Part shown: positions 43,750 through 54,065 of the stretch, one piece after another
Layout: every line of letters begins with the position of its first letter
How positions within the stretch are numbered: the first letter of the stretch is position 1
Origin: Candidatus Binatia bacterium
GTDB taxonomy: Bacteria > Desulfobacterota > Binatia > UBA9968 > JAJDTQ01
NCBI GenBank assembly: GCA_963666515.2
Contig: OY762897.2
Span: forward strand, 1,254,370-1,318,369
Direction: 5' to 3'
DNA: 64,000 nt
The notes under the pieces: generated by a model
The model's input: only the letters and a program-made list of their open reading frames with translations
Databases searched by the model: none
Told to the model about the DNA's origin: nothing
Position numbers and translations under genes: made by a program

Positions 43750-44896
43750 CGGCCGGCCGGTCCGCGGGACGCTCTTCGCGGGAGCGCTCCTGTGGAACCT
43801 GTGCAACGGCATGCTGTTCGTGCTCACGCCGCTCTTCGGCGTGACCCTCGGCCTGTCCGTGCTCGACATCGGCTCCCTGGTGGGGCTTCCGTATCTGCTG
43901 ACCATCATCATGCGTTTCGCCGGCGGCGCCCTGGCGGACCGTTACGGCGAGCATCGCATGTTGCAGGCCTGCTACTCGCTCAACGTGCTGGCCGCGGTGG
44001 CCCTGTGCATGGCCAGCGGCTTTTTCTCGCTGATGCTGTCCAGCGCGCTGGCGAACCTTTCCCGCAGCATCTTCTGGGTTCCGGCCCAGTCCATGGCCAG
44101 CCAGCTTTCCAGCCTCAATCCCGGCAGGATGCTGGGCCAGTTGTCCGCGGCCAACTACACCGGCTCACTGCTGGGACTGGCTCTCGGAGGGATACTGGCC
44201 GGCTGGCTGGGGTACGGCGTCACTTTCCTTCTGCTCACCGCGGGCTGCGTCGCCGGCATGCTGCTGGGCCTGGTCCTCCCGCCGATCCGCTCCAGACCCG
44301 CGGGCCGCACCGTCTGGCAGGTGGCCGCGGGAATGAGCCGGCGGTTGATCGAGCGGCGCACCTGGCTGCTGCTTACCACCTCGTGCGCGGCCGCGGTGCC
44401 CTTCGGCATCACGCAGTCCATCTATCCGGTCTACATGAGCGGTCTCGCCTTCACCGAGGGGTGGATCAGCGTGGTGATCGCGGTACGCTCCATCGGCCCG
44501 GTGGTCATCGGCCTGGCCCTCGGGTCCGAGATCACCATCGAGCGCGAGAAGGCGTTCTACGCGGTCAGCATGGGAGGCCTCGGCGCGTGCATCCTCGCCA
44601 GCGCCTGGACCGGAGGATGGCTGCTGATGGGGCTCTGCATCGCCGGCCTGGGCATGGCCGGCGCGGTGGCGGACCTGCTCAACCAGGTCCAGGCCGTGGA
44701 CCTCAGCCGGGCCAGCGACCGGTCAGCGGTCATGGGGGTCACCGGCCTCGGCTGGAACATGGCTCCCATGGTCCTCCCACTGCTCCTGGGCTGGGCCGCG
44801 GACGTGTGGGGCTTCGGGATCATGTTCTTCGCTTCCGGCTGTTTCTTCCTGCTGGTGGCCCTGAGCACGCCCGCGATCTACCGTATTCTGCGTTAG
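43742..44896 (+). CDS. MFS transporter
   Basis: 384 aa, about 12 hydrophobic segments. GGALADRYGEHR loop between TM2 and TM3. 8-nt overlap with the preceding gene. Confidence 0.75.
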   Translation: MHDGRPVRGTLFAGALLWNLCNGMLFVLTPLFGVTLGLSVLDIGSLVGLPYLLTIIMRFAGGALADRYGEHRMLQACYSLNVLAAVALCMASGFFSLMLSSALANLSRSIFWVPAQSMASQLSSLNPGRMLGQLSAANYTGSLLGLALGGILAGWLGYGVTFLLLTAGCVAGMLLGLVLPPIRSRPAGRTVWQVAAGMSRRLIERRTWLLLTTSCAAAVPFGITQSIYPVYMSGLAFTEGWISVVIAVRSIGPVVIGLALGSEITIEREKAFYAVSMGGLGACILASAWTGGWLLMGLCIAGLGMAGAVADLLNQVQAVDLSRASDRSAVMGVTGLGWNMAPMVLPLLLGWAADVWGFGIMFFASGCFFLLVALSTPAIYRILR

Positions 44897-44921
44897 TCTC
44901 CACGGGCCGGGGAAACCGCTG

Positions 44922-44950
44922 TTGACACCCGCGACGCGGGCCAATAAGAT
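44922..44950 (+). promoter_or_regulatory. Near-consensus sigma70 promoter upstream of RRM protein gene 2
   Basis: TTGACA (44922-44927), 17-nt spacer containing the cccgcgacgcggg palindrome, TAAGAT (44945-44950). About 140-nt leader before the ATG at 45093, which has a GGAGGAGA Shine-Dalgarno. Confidence 0.5.
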
Positions 44951-45092
44951 GATCGAAGGGTGAGAAGCCCTGTTCCGCTTTGTCTGAGACAGCGTAAGAC
45001 CAAAGCCGACCGGAGTGTCGTGATCCTTCCACGTTTGCTCTGCTCCTTTCGCCGTGCCTGTCTCGTGGTCCAACAGAATGACGGAGGAGAGC

Positions 45093-45401
45093 ATGAACGA
45101 GAAACTGTACGTGGGCGGTCTGCCGTATTCGACAACGGAGGATCAGCTCCAGGACGTGTTCGCCGCGCACGGCACCGTGGTTTCAGCCAGAGTGATCACC
45201 GACAAGTTCACCGGCCGGTCCCGTGGATTCGGCTTCGTGGAAATGGGCTCCGGAGAAGAGGCACAACGGGCCATCGACGCCCTGCACGACTCGGAATTGG
45301 GAGGACGCAAGCTGACGGTGAGCGAGGCGCGTCCCCAGGAGCGTCGCGGGGGCTTCGGCGAAGGCCGGGGCGGCGGAGGCGGGGGCCGGAACCGCTGGTA
45401 G
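45093..45401 (+). CDS. RRM-type RNA-binding protein with Gly/Arg-rich tail
   Basis: RNP2 LYVGGL and RNP1 RGFGFVEM. C-terminal RRGGFGEGRGGGGGGRNRW. Confidence 0.85.
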   Translation: MNEKLYVGGLPYSTTEDQLQDVFAAHGTVVSARVITDKFTGRSRGFGFVEMGSGEEAQRAIDALHDSELGGRKLTVSEARPQERRGGFGEGRGGGGGGRNRW

Positions 45402-45410
45402 AACGACTCG

Positions 45411-46103
<693 letters not shown>

Positions 46104-46248
46104 GGCATTCCCCTGATGCGCTGGTCGGCGGCCATTGTAACGCAACGCCTGCCGCATGAGAAACTCCCGGCACGGCCGTCCCCCGGACCGGACGCACCGG
46201 CGCGAAGCCACCGCTTGAAAGGACCCGCCGCTGCGGTTAACCTTGGGC

Positions 46249-47061
46249 ATGCCTTTCACGCGGGCCATCCGGCTGATGATTTGCGCGTTGCTGGCGGCCT
46301 TGGCCGTTGGCTGCGCGCCGCTCAGCGTGGACCAGGAACGCAGCATGGGGGCCGACTTCTCCCGTGACTTCAACCGCCGCACGGCGCTCGTCCGGGACCC
46401 CGCCGTCGTGGGTTACGTGTCCGCCATCGGCAACAGGCTGTTGAAGCACGCGGGACCGCAACCCTTCACCTATCGCTTCAACGTCGTTCCGAAAGCCGAG
46501 GTCAACGCCTTCGCCGCGCCCGCCGGCTACATCTACATTCATACCGGCACGATACTCAAGGCGCGCAACGTCAGCGAACTGGCCGGCGTCGTCGCCCACG
46601 AGATCGGGCACGTTGCCAAGCGGCATATCGCCAACAACTTCAACCGCGCGCTGGCCACCAACATTCTGCACCAGGTCGGCGTGGTCGCGGCGGAGGTGGC
46701 CGCGGGTCCAGAGGCGGGCAGGGCGGCCCACAGCCTGGGCGGTCTTGCGGCCATGGGCTATCTCAACACCTTCAGCCGGGAGGCCGAACACGAAGCGGAC
46801 GAGTTCGCCGTGCAGCTCATGTTCAAGGCCGGCTACGACCCCCGCGGTCTGACGGCGTTCTTCGAGACCCTCAGGAAGGAAGGCGGGTCATCGGTGCCGG
46901 CGTTTCTGAGGACCCATCCGGCGACCTCCGAGCGCATCGCCCAAACCCGTGCGATGATCCGCAGGCTGCCCGCGCAGGCCCGCCTGGAACGCCGCGACAA
47001 TGGCCGGCTGGAGCGGATCCAGGGAATCCTTCGGAGGACCGCGGCCGAACGCCGGCCATGA
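46249..47061 (+). CDS. M48 family zinc metallopeptidase lipoprotein
   Basis: Lipobox LAALAVGC. HEXXH as AHEIGHVAKRH. Downstream EHEADEF third-ligand region. Confidence 0.8.
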   Translation: MPFTRAIRLMICALLAALAVGCAPLSVDQERSMGADFSRDFNRRTALVRDPAVVGYVSAIGNRLLKHAGPQPFTYRFNVVPKAEVNAFAAPAGYIYIHTGTILKARNVSELAGVVAHEIGHVAKRHIANNFNRALATNILHQVGVVAAEVAAGPEAGRAAHSLGGLAAMGYLNTFSREAEHEADEFAVQLMFKAGYDPRGLTAFFETLRKEGGSSVPAFLRTHPATSERIAQTRAMIRRLPAQARLERRDNGRLERIQGILRRTAAERRP

Positions 47062-47110
47062 AGCCTGTGAGCGGACCCTTGCGGCAGGACTCCAGCGCGG
47101 AAAGACACCT

Positions 47111-48496
47111 GTGGATATCCTCCTTCTCGTCATAGGGATTGTCGCGGGCGGGCTGCTCGCCTGGATCGTTGCCCGGTCCCGGCACACCGCCGCGGCCCGG
47201 GAACTCGCGAGCCGGCAAGAGGAGTTACGGCAGGAACGCGGCCGCGTCGAGGAGGCGCAGACGAGAATCCGGCAGCTCTCGGAGGACAAGGCCCGGGCGG
47301 AGCAGCAGGCCGGCCGGGTTCAGGGGCTGGAAGTCGAGTTGAAGGAAGCCCGTGATGCGGGCCGGCGCGCGGAGCTTCAGGCCGCCACCCTGGCAAAGGA
47401 ACGGGAAGCCGATGCGGAGAAGCTCCGCTGGGTGGAGCAGGCTGAAGGGAGACTCCGGGAGGTGTTTCAGGCCCTGGCCTCCCGTTCGCTCCAGGACAAC
47501 ACCGAGGGATTTCTCAAGCACACGCGGGAGCAGATGGGGCGCCTGTTGACGGAAGTGAGGGGTGACTGGGGCACGCACAAGGAGGAGTTGCGGAACCTCG
47601 TCGAGCCTCTCGGCAAGACCGTGAACGAGCTGGACCGGCAGGTGCAGCAGATGGAGCAGAAACGGGAAGGGGCGTACCAGGGAATCCAGGAACAGCTCCG
47701 GCAACTCGGCCCGCTGGTGCAGGCGTTGCGGGCGGCGCCTGACGCGCGCGGACGATGGGGAGAGCTTCAACTCCGCAGGGTGGTGGAGATGGCCGACCTG
47801 GTCGCCCACGTGGACTTCGAGGAACAGGCCGCGACCAACGAGGGCCGTCCGGACATGATCGTTCACCTGCCCAACCAGGGCATCCTGCCGGTGGACTCCA
47901 AGACCCCCATGCTGGCGTGGCTGAAGGCCCTGGAAGACGGCGACGGCGCAACCCGCGACGGCAGGCTGGAGGAGCACGCCGCGGCGATCCGCCGCCGCAT
48001 CCGCGAACTCGGCCAGAAGCGCTACTGGGAACAGTTCGACCGCGCCCCGGAGTTGGTGGTGATGTTCGTCGCCAACGATGCCTGCCTGAGCGCCGCCTTC
48101 GAGAAGTCCCCCGATCTCCTGGAGTACGCGATGCAGCAAAAGGTGCTTCCCACCACCCCGGTGACTCTGCTGGCCCTGCTGAAGACGGTGGCCTATGGCT
48201 GGCAGCAACACAAGGTGGCGGAGAACGCCAGGGAGATCGCGGAACAGGGAAGGGTGCTCCATGATCGCTTGGGCAAGTTCGTGGAGCACTTCCAGCGCGC
48301 CGGGAGCGGGCTGGACAACGCCGTCAGGGCCTACAACGACGCCGTGGGGTCGCTGGACAGCCGCCTCCTGCCGGCCGCCCGGCGGCTCAAGGAGATGGGC
48401 GCGGCGAGCGCCGAGATCCCGGCTCCGCCCGCGGTGGACCAGGCTTTGCGCACCTCCGGACAGCTTGCGTTGACAGACCTCACCGATGAAGAATAA
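47111..48496 (+). CDS. rmuC: DNA recombination protein RmuC
   Basis: GTG start giving an N-terminal anchor VDILLLVIGIVAGGLLAWIV. Long coiled coil. Conserved C-terminal nuclease-like region (MFVANDACLSAAFE...). The ORF start at 47000 would overlap the M48 gene by 62 nt. Confidence 0.85.
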   Translation: MDILLLVIGIVAGGLLAWIVARSRHTAAARELASRQEELRQERGRVEEAQTRIRQLSEDKARAEQQAGRVQGLEVELKEARDAGRRAELQAATLAKEREADAEKLRWVEQAEGRLREVFQALASRSLQDNTEGFLKHTREQMGRLLTEVRGDWGTHKEELRNLVEPLGKTVNELDRQVQQMEQKREGAYQGIQEQLRQLGPLVQALRAAPDARGRWGELQLRRVVEMADLVAHVDFEEQAATNEGRPDMIVHLPNQGILPVDSKTPMLAWLKALEDGDGATRDGRLEEHAAAIRRRIRELGQKRYWEQFDRAPELVVMFVANDACLSAAFEKSPDLLEYAMQQKVLPTTPVTLLALLKTVAYGWQQHKVAENAREIAEQGRVLHDRLGKFVEHFQRAGSGLDNAVRAYNDAVGSLDSRLLPAARRLKEMGAASAEIPAPPAVDQALRTSGQLALTDLTDEE

Positions 48497-49699
<1,203 letters not shown>

Positions 49700-49714
49700 G
49701 AACCTTCCAGGGCC

Positions 49715-52033
49715 ATGGAAGTCGTCGGCAAGCGCCGGAACCGCATCGAGGGGGTGGAGAAGGTCACCGGGGAGGCCAAGTTCTCGGGCGACCTGGACAT
49801 ACCCGGCGTCCTCGACGCCCGGGTGCTGCGCAGCACCTATCCCCATGCCCGCATCCGTGCCCTCGACGTGAGCGCGGCGCTCGACGTGCCGGGTGTGGTG
49901 GCCGTCCTGTCGAGGGACGACCTCCGGGACATGGACCCGTACTACGGCCACTGCCTGCGGGATCGGCCCATCCTGGCCATGGAGCGGGTGCGCTACGTGG
50001 GCGAGCCCGTGGCCGCGGTGGCCGCCCGGGACCGGCTGGCCGCGGAGGAAGCCGTGTCCCTCATCCGGGTCGAGTACGAAGAGCTTCCGCACGTCAACAC
50101 CTTCGACGAAGCCCTGGCCGGCGACGCGCCGGTGCTGCACGAGAAGGCCGCCGGCTCGGGAGACTTCCACGACGTCAACCTGTCGGACGCCCGCGAGCAC
50201 CCGAACATCTGCCATCACGAGCACATCGAGCTGGGCGACGTGGAGCGGGGCTTTGCCGAGTCGGACAAGATCTTCGAGGACGTGTTCCATTTTCCCATGG
50301 TGTGCCACTACTCCATGGAGCCCCACACCACCACCGCCCGGTTCCAGGGCGGGCAGGTGACGCTGTGGTCCGCGTCCGCCCATCCCTTCCTCATCCGCTC
50401 CGAGCTGGCGCGACTCTTCGGCCTCTCCATGACCGACGTCCAGGTGGTGGTGCCGTACGTCGGGGGCGCGTTCGGCGGCAAGTCCTATCTCAAGATCGAG
50501 CCCCTGGTGGTGGCGCTGGCGCGCAAGACCCAGGGGCAGCCGGTGCGTCTGGAACACTCCGTCACCGAGTCCATGCTGACGGCCCGTCGGCATTCCGCCC
50601 GCTGCCGGATCAAGACCGGGGTCAAGCGCGACGGTGCCATCCTGGCGCGCGACGTCAGGATGCATCTCGACACCGGCGCCTACGCCGACAACGGCCCCCG
50701 CGTGGTGGCCCGGTCCGTGCTGCGGGTGCACGGCGCCTACCGTTGCGCCAACTTCCGTTCCGACAGCTACGGCGTCTACACCAACTCGGTGCCGGCGGGC
50801 TCCATGCGCTCCATCGGCGGCCCCCAGTCGATCTGGCCGGTGGAAGCCCAGATGGACCGCATCGCCGAGGCCCTGGGGCTGGACCCCGTGCGCTACCGCA
50901 TGGAGCACCTGCTGGGCCGCAACGAGCAGATCCGGCCGAATTCCCGGGGCGTGGACGGCGACCTGCGGGAGGGACTGAGCAAGGTGGCCGAGTCGATGCG
51001 GCAAGGAAGCCGGCCGGGCTCCGGCTCCATCGACGGCGACCCGCGGACGGTGCGGCAGGGTGCCGAGCCCGAAACGGCCGCCGGCGCCGGCTTCGCCGTG
51101 GGCATCACCGACAGCGAGGCCAACCCCGTGTCCACCGCCATCGTGCGCCTGCTGAGCGACGGCAACGTCGTGGTCATGGCCGGCAGCACCGAGGTGGGGC
51201 AGGGGGCGCGCACGGTGCTGAGCCAGATCGCCGCCGAGGAGCTGTGCGTCCCCTTCGAGCGGGTGATGCTGCGCGGCACCGATACCCACACCACCCCCTT
51301 CGACCGCTCCACCGGCGCCAGCCGCTCCACTACGGTGATGGGAACCGCGGTGAAGTTCGCCGCCGCCGACGTCTGCCGCCAGATCCGCGCCATTGCCGCG
51401 GAACAGTTCGGCGTCGAGCCGGAGCGGGTGGTTCTCAAGGACGGGGCGGCCTGGTGCGGCGAGGCGCGGCGTGAGTACGCCGATGTGGTGGCCGGCTATT
51501 TCGGCATGCCCGGCGGCGAGCTGATCGGGCGCGGCTACGTCCGCGCCGGCGGCGGCATCTCGCCGATCCTGCCGATCTTCTGGGAAGTGGGCATCGGCGG
51601 AGCCGTGGTGGCCGTGGATGCCGATACCGGCCAGGTGACGCTCCAGCGCTATACCAGCGTGGCGGACGTGGGCAAGGCCATCAACCCGCGCCAAGCCGAG
51701 GGACAGGACGAGGGCGCCGCGGTCATGGCCATGGGCCACACCCTGTTCGAGTCGCTGCTCTACGAGGACGGGCAGCCCCTCAACCCCAACCTGGTGGACT
51801 ACCGGGTGCCTGCTTTCCGGGACGTGCCGCGCACCTTCGAGTCGAACCTGTTGGAGAACGGCGACGGCCCCGGACCCTACGGCGCCAAGGGAATGGGGGA
51901 GGGCGGCATCATCCCCGTAGCCCCCGCGGTCTGCAACGCCGTGGCCCAGGCCACCGGCGTGCGCATCCGCGAGCTTCCGCTGACGCCGGAACGCGTCTGG
52001 CGAGCCCTGCGCACCGCCGCCGATGATTCGTAG
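49715..52033 (+). CDS. Xanthine dehydrogenase/aldehyde oxidase family molybdopterin-binding large subunit
   Basis: 772 aa. N-terminal a/b-hammerhead-like region (KVTGEAKFSGDLDIPGVL). GGAFGGKS motif. C-terminal GAKGMGEGGIIP region. Confidence 0.8.
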   Translation: MEVVGKRRNRIEGVEKVTGEAKFSGDLDIPGVLDARVLRSTYPHARIRALDVSAALDVPGVVAVLSRDDLRDMDPYYGHCLRDRPILAMERVRYVGEPVAAVAARDRLAAEEAVSLIRVEYEELPHVNTFDEALAGDAPVLHEKAAGSGDFHDVNLSDAREHPNICHHEHIELGDVERGFAESDKIFEDVFHFPMVCHYSMEPHTTTARFQGGQVTLWSASAHPFLIRSELARLFGLSMTDVQVVVPYVGGAFGGKSYLKIEPLVVALARKTQGQPVRLEHSVTESMLTARRHSARCRIKTGVKRDGAILARDVRMHLDTGAYADNGPRVVARSVLRVHGAYRCANFRSDSYGVYTNSVPAGSMRSIGGPQSIWPVEAQMDRIAEALGLDPVRYRMEHLLGRNEQIRPNSRGVDGDLREGLSKVAESMRQGSRPGSGSIDGDPRTVRQGAEPETAAGAGFAVGITDSEANPVSTAIVRLLSDGNVVVMAGSTEVGQGARTVLSQIAAEELCVPFERVMLRGTDTHTTPFDRSTGASRSTTVMGTAVKFAAADVCRQIRAIAAEQFGVEPERVVLKDGAAWCGEARREYADVVAGYFGMPGGELIGRGYVRAGGGISPILPIFWEVGIGGAVVAVDADTGQVTLQRYTSVADVGKAINPRQAEGQDEGAAVMAMGHTLFESLLYEDGQPLNPNLVDYRVPAFRDVPRTFESNLLENGDGPGPYGAKGMGEGGIIPVAPAVCNAVAQATGVRIRELPLTPERVWRALRTAADDS

Positions 52034-52089
52034 GGCAGGTCCCGAACCCGCCCGTGCCCGCGTCACTCCGAAACGTGAACCCGGCGCCC

Positions 52090-52380
52090 ATGCGATCCGC
52101 CATCGCCCTCATCTGGCTCAGCCTCTTCTGGACCCTGCTCTGTTTCCTGTTCTACCGCGACCGGGAGGTGATCATCCAGGCGAGCCTGCCCGTGTGGATC
52201 GGCGCCGCGCTTGCCTGGATCGTCTACAGGGCCGTAACCGCAGCCGTCCCGCCAGGATGGTGGCGCCCGAGAGCCAAGCCGCCAAGGAAACGGGCCGCCT
52301 CGAAGTCGGCCTCCCGAGCCGGCGGCGCCCGCCGAACGGGCCGGACATCGGCGGCCAAGCCGCGTAAACGGTCGTCGTAG
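52090..52380 (+). CDS. Small membrane protein with a highly basic C-terminal tail (hypothetical)
   Basis: Two hydrophobic helices (AIALIWLSLFWTLLCFLF; LPVWIGAALAWIVY), then an R/K/S/A-rich tail (RPRAKPPRKRAASKSASRAGGARRTGRTSAAKPRKRSS). Alternative GTG starts at 52054 and 52075. No family recognised. Confidence 0.4.
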   Translation: MRSAIALIWLSLFWTLLCFLFYRDREVIIQASLPVWIGAALAWIVYRAVTAAVPPGWWRPRAKPPRKRAASKSASRAGGARRTGRTSAAKPRKRSS

Positions 52381-52392
52381 ACCCGCCTTTGC

Positions 52393-52854
52393 ATGCGGCG
52401 GGAGAAGCGCTATGATTTCCACATGACCATGATGCTCTCCTTCGCCACGGCTGCCGACACGCACAATCTCCATACCCGCCAATGCGCAACGCGGCGCAAG
52501 CCGCTCTGTCATACGCAAAGTACTATCCGTCAGCGGAACGACGGCGACTTGAAGGTCCAGTCCGTGCCCTTCAGCAAGGCGAAGCTCTATCATCGGCCCA
52601 ACTGGTTCACCTTACACGCCTTCCGCAAGACCAGCGATCCGCACGACGTCATCAGCACGGATCGGAGGCAGAATCCGACACTCCTCACTGGCTCGCGCTG
52701 GACCTTCTATGCGACCTTCGCCAGCCTGCTGAGGGCGGCAGTGGTATTCGGCCTCCGTGACATCAAGCAGCTCCGTCAGCAGGTCCCTTCGCACGGTTAT
52801 CACCGTGTGCGGATTGAACGGAATCCTGCGTCCGGCATGCTAGGGACAATCTGA
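52393..52854 (+). CDS. Hypothetical ORF, coding status uncertain (C-terminus faintly resembles tyrosine-recombinase box II)
   Basis: 153-aa ORF in lower-GC DNA that ends 2 nt before the HNH gene. The segment SRWTFYATFASLLRAAVVFGLRDIKQL...HGYHRV loosely resembles HxLRHTFAS-LL-aG-....I..LLGH....Y.H. Confidence 0.25.
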   Translation: MRREKRYDFHMTMMLSFATAADTHNLHTRQCATRRKPLCHTQSTIRQRNDGDLKVQSVPFSKAKLYHRPNWFTLHAFRKTSDPHDVISTDRRQNPTLLTGSRWTFYATFASLLRAAVVFGLRDIKQLRQQVPSHGYHRVRIERNPASGMLGTI

Positions 52855-52856
52855 CG

Positions 52857-53837
52857 ATGACAGATCTTCCCGCCGCCACCGTTGCCGCAGCGGATTTCTA
52901 CGACAAGTACTACGACGCCGGCGCTGAGCCCATCTTCCTTGAGCCTGGCATGAAGTTGATGCTGGGTAGCGCCGAGCGTCCCCGGCATTGCCGCTTCTGC
53001 GGGAAGGACGAGCCTGCGGTCACCTTTAAGGACGAAGCGCACGCGCTGCCGGCTGCATTCGGTAATACAGGCCTGTTCAGCAACTACGAATGCGATGTCT
53101 GCAATCATGTCTTTGGTGAGGGCATCGAGAACCATCTCGGTAACTGGACCAAGCCGATGCGCACCCTGTCCCGGATCAAGGGACGAAGTGGCGTGCCCAC
53201 GATCAAGAAGCCCGGCCCTGAAGAGGGCTGGCGTGTCGAGTATTCCGCTACGGGCTTTCAACTGAGGGAATATGAAAACGAGCCGTTTTTTGAGATAGAT
53301 AAGGAGGCCAAGCAACTCCGGTTCGAGCTACACCGGGACACCTACATTCCGGTAGCGGCGCTCAAAGGCCTAGTCAAAATCGGCCTGACCTTGATTCCTG
53401 ACGTAGAGACTCAGCACTTCCGCGAAACCTATATTTGGATTCGCGATACCGACCACTCGCGCAATTTCGTCGCCGAATTCCCGATATTCCGCACCTTCAT
53501 CCCCGGGCCGATGCCGAATGATTTGATTGTGCTTGTGCTCATGCGGCGGCGAGCCGGCATCGACACGGTCCCCTACGCCTTCTTCACCTTCGCCTATGGA
53601 AACGAAGTATTGCAGGTTTTCTTGCCATCGACCTCCCAGGACAAGTGTATTGATGGCAAGCCCCTGTCTCTCCCAGCCTTTCCGACGCCCGGTGCCCCTG
53701 ATCCGGCCCGCCACGGCCAGCCGCGTGTAATCGTCGAGCATCTGACCGGTCGGCAGCCGGTCAAAGGGGAGAAGGTGCCGGTTGTATTCCACTTCGACAA
53801 TATCGTGAAAACGAAGTCCAAAAACGCTTTGGACTGA
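52857..53837 (+). CDS. HNH_5-like endonuclease-domain protein with uncharacterised C-terminal region
   Basis: 326 aa. CRFCGK...EAHALPAAFGN...YECDVCNHVFG matches the CxxC / (E)H-x-(I/L)P-x-x-(L/F)G / CxxCN pattern of HNH_5-type nucleases as I remember it. The remaining roughly 230 aa match no family I recognise. Confidence 0.6.
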   Translation: MTDLPAATVAAADFYDKYYDAGAEPIFLEPGMKLMLGSAERPRHCRFCGKDEPAVTFKDEAHALPAAFGNTGLFSNYECDVCNHVFGEGIENHLGNWTKPMRTLSRIKGRSGVPTIKKPGPEEGWRVEYSATGFQLREYENEPFFEIDKEAKQLRFELHRDTYIPVAALKGLVKIGLTLIPDVETQHFRETYIWIRDTDHSRNFVAEFPIFRTFIPGPMPNDLIVLVLMRRRAGIDTVPYAFFTFAYGNEVLQVFLPSTSQDKCIDGKPLSLPAFPTPGAPDPARHGQPRVIVEHLTGRQPVKGEKVPVVFHFDNIVKTKSKNALD

Positions 53838-53969
53838 GCCTGATCGGAACTGTTCGGGCAGAGTCGCGAAGACCGCCGTCCAATCGATCATCGCGCCGCG
53901 CGGACCCCTGTTTGAATGCTCCGGCCTCGGAACCACCCTGCCGGTACCTCTTGCCGGTCTTTCGCTGGG

Positions 53970-54005
53970 GAAGTTCGGGTTAATACCGCCACTAACCTGA
54001 ACTTC
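53970..54005. repeat. 13-bp stem hairpin between the HNH gene and the IS
   Basis: gaagttcgggtta (53970-53982) pairs with taacctgaacttc (53993-54005), with one G-T position. The loop is 10 nt. Confidence 0.6.
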
Positions 54006-54065
54006 GAGCGACGAGATATACTAACTTATTGATTTGGAAGGGGAAAGGGGCGAAGGGGGTATGGG

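Noticed and set aside
52382-52402. cccgcc-N9-ggcggg hairpin right after the basic-tail ORF, considered as a terminator or island boundary signal
   Set aside because: Only a 6-bp stem and no T tract. It also overlaps the ATG of the next ORF, so the evidence is insufficient.
52811-52826. ggatt-gaacgg-aatcc stem-loop, considered as a tRNA T-arm or att remnant at the island edge
   Set aside because: The loop is 6 nt and lacks the TTC(G/A)A consensus. No acceptor, D or anticodon arms can be built around it. I found no tRNA, rRNA or CRISPR array anywhere in the window by eye, though a tRNAscan or Infernal run would be needed to be certain.
53370-53936. 188-aa minus-strand ORF opposite the HNH gene
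   Set aside because: It overlaps the plus-strand ORF that carries the CxxC...H...CxxCN nuclease motif. It has no motif of its own, and only 33 codons lie outside the HNH gene.
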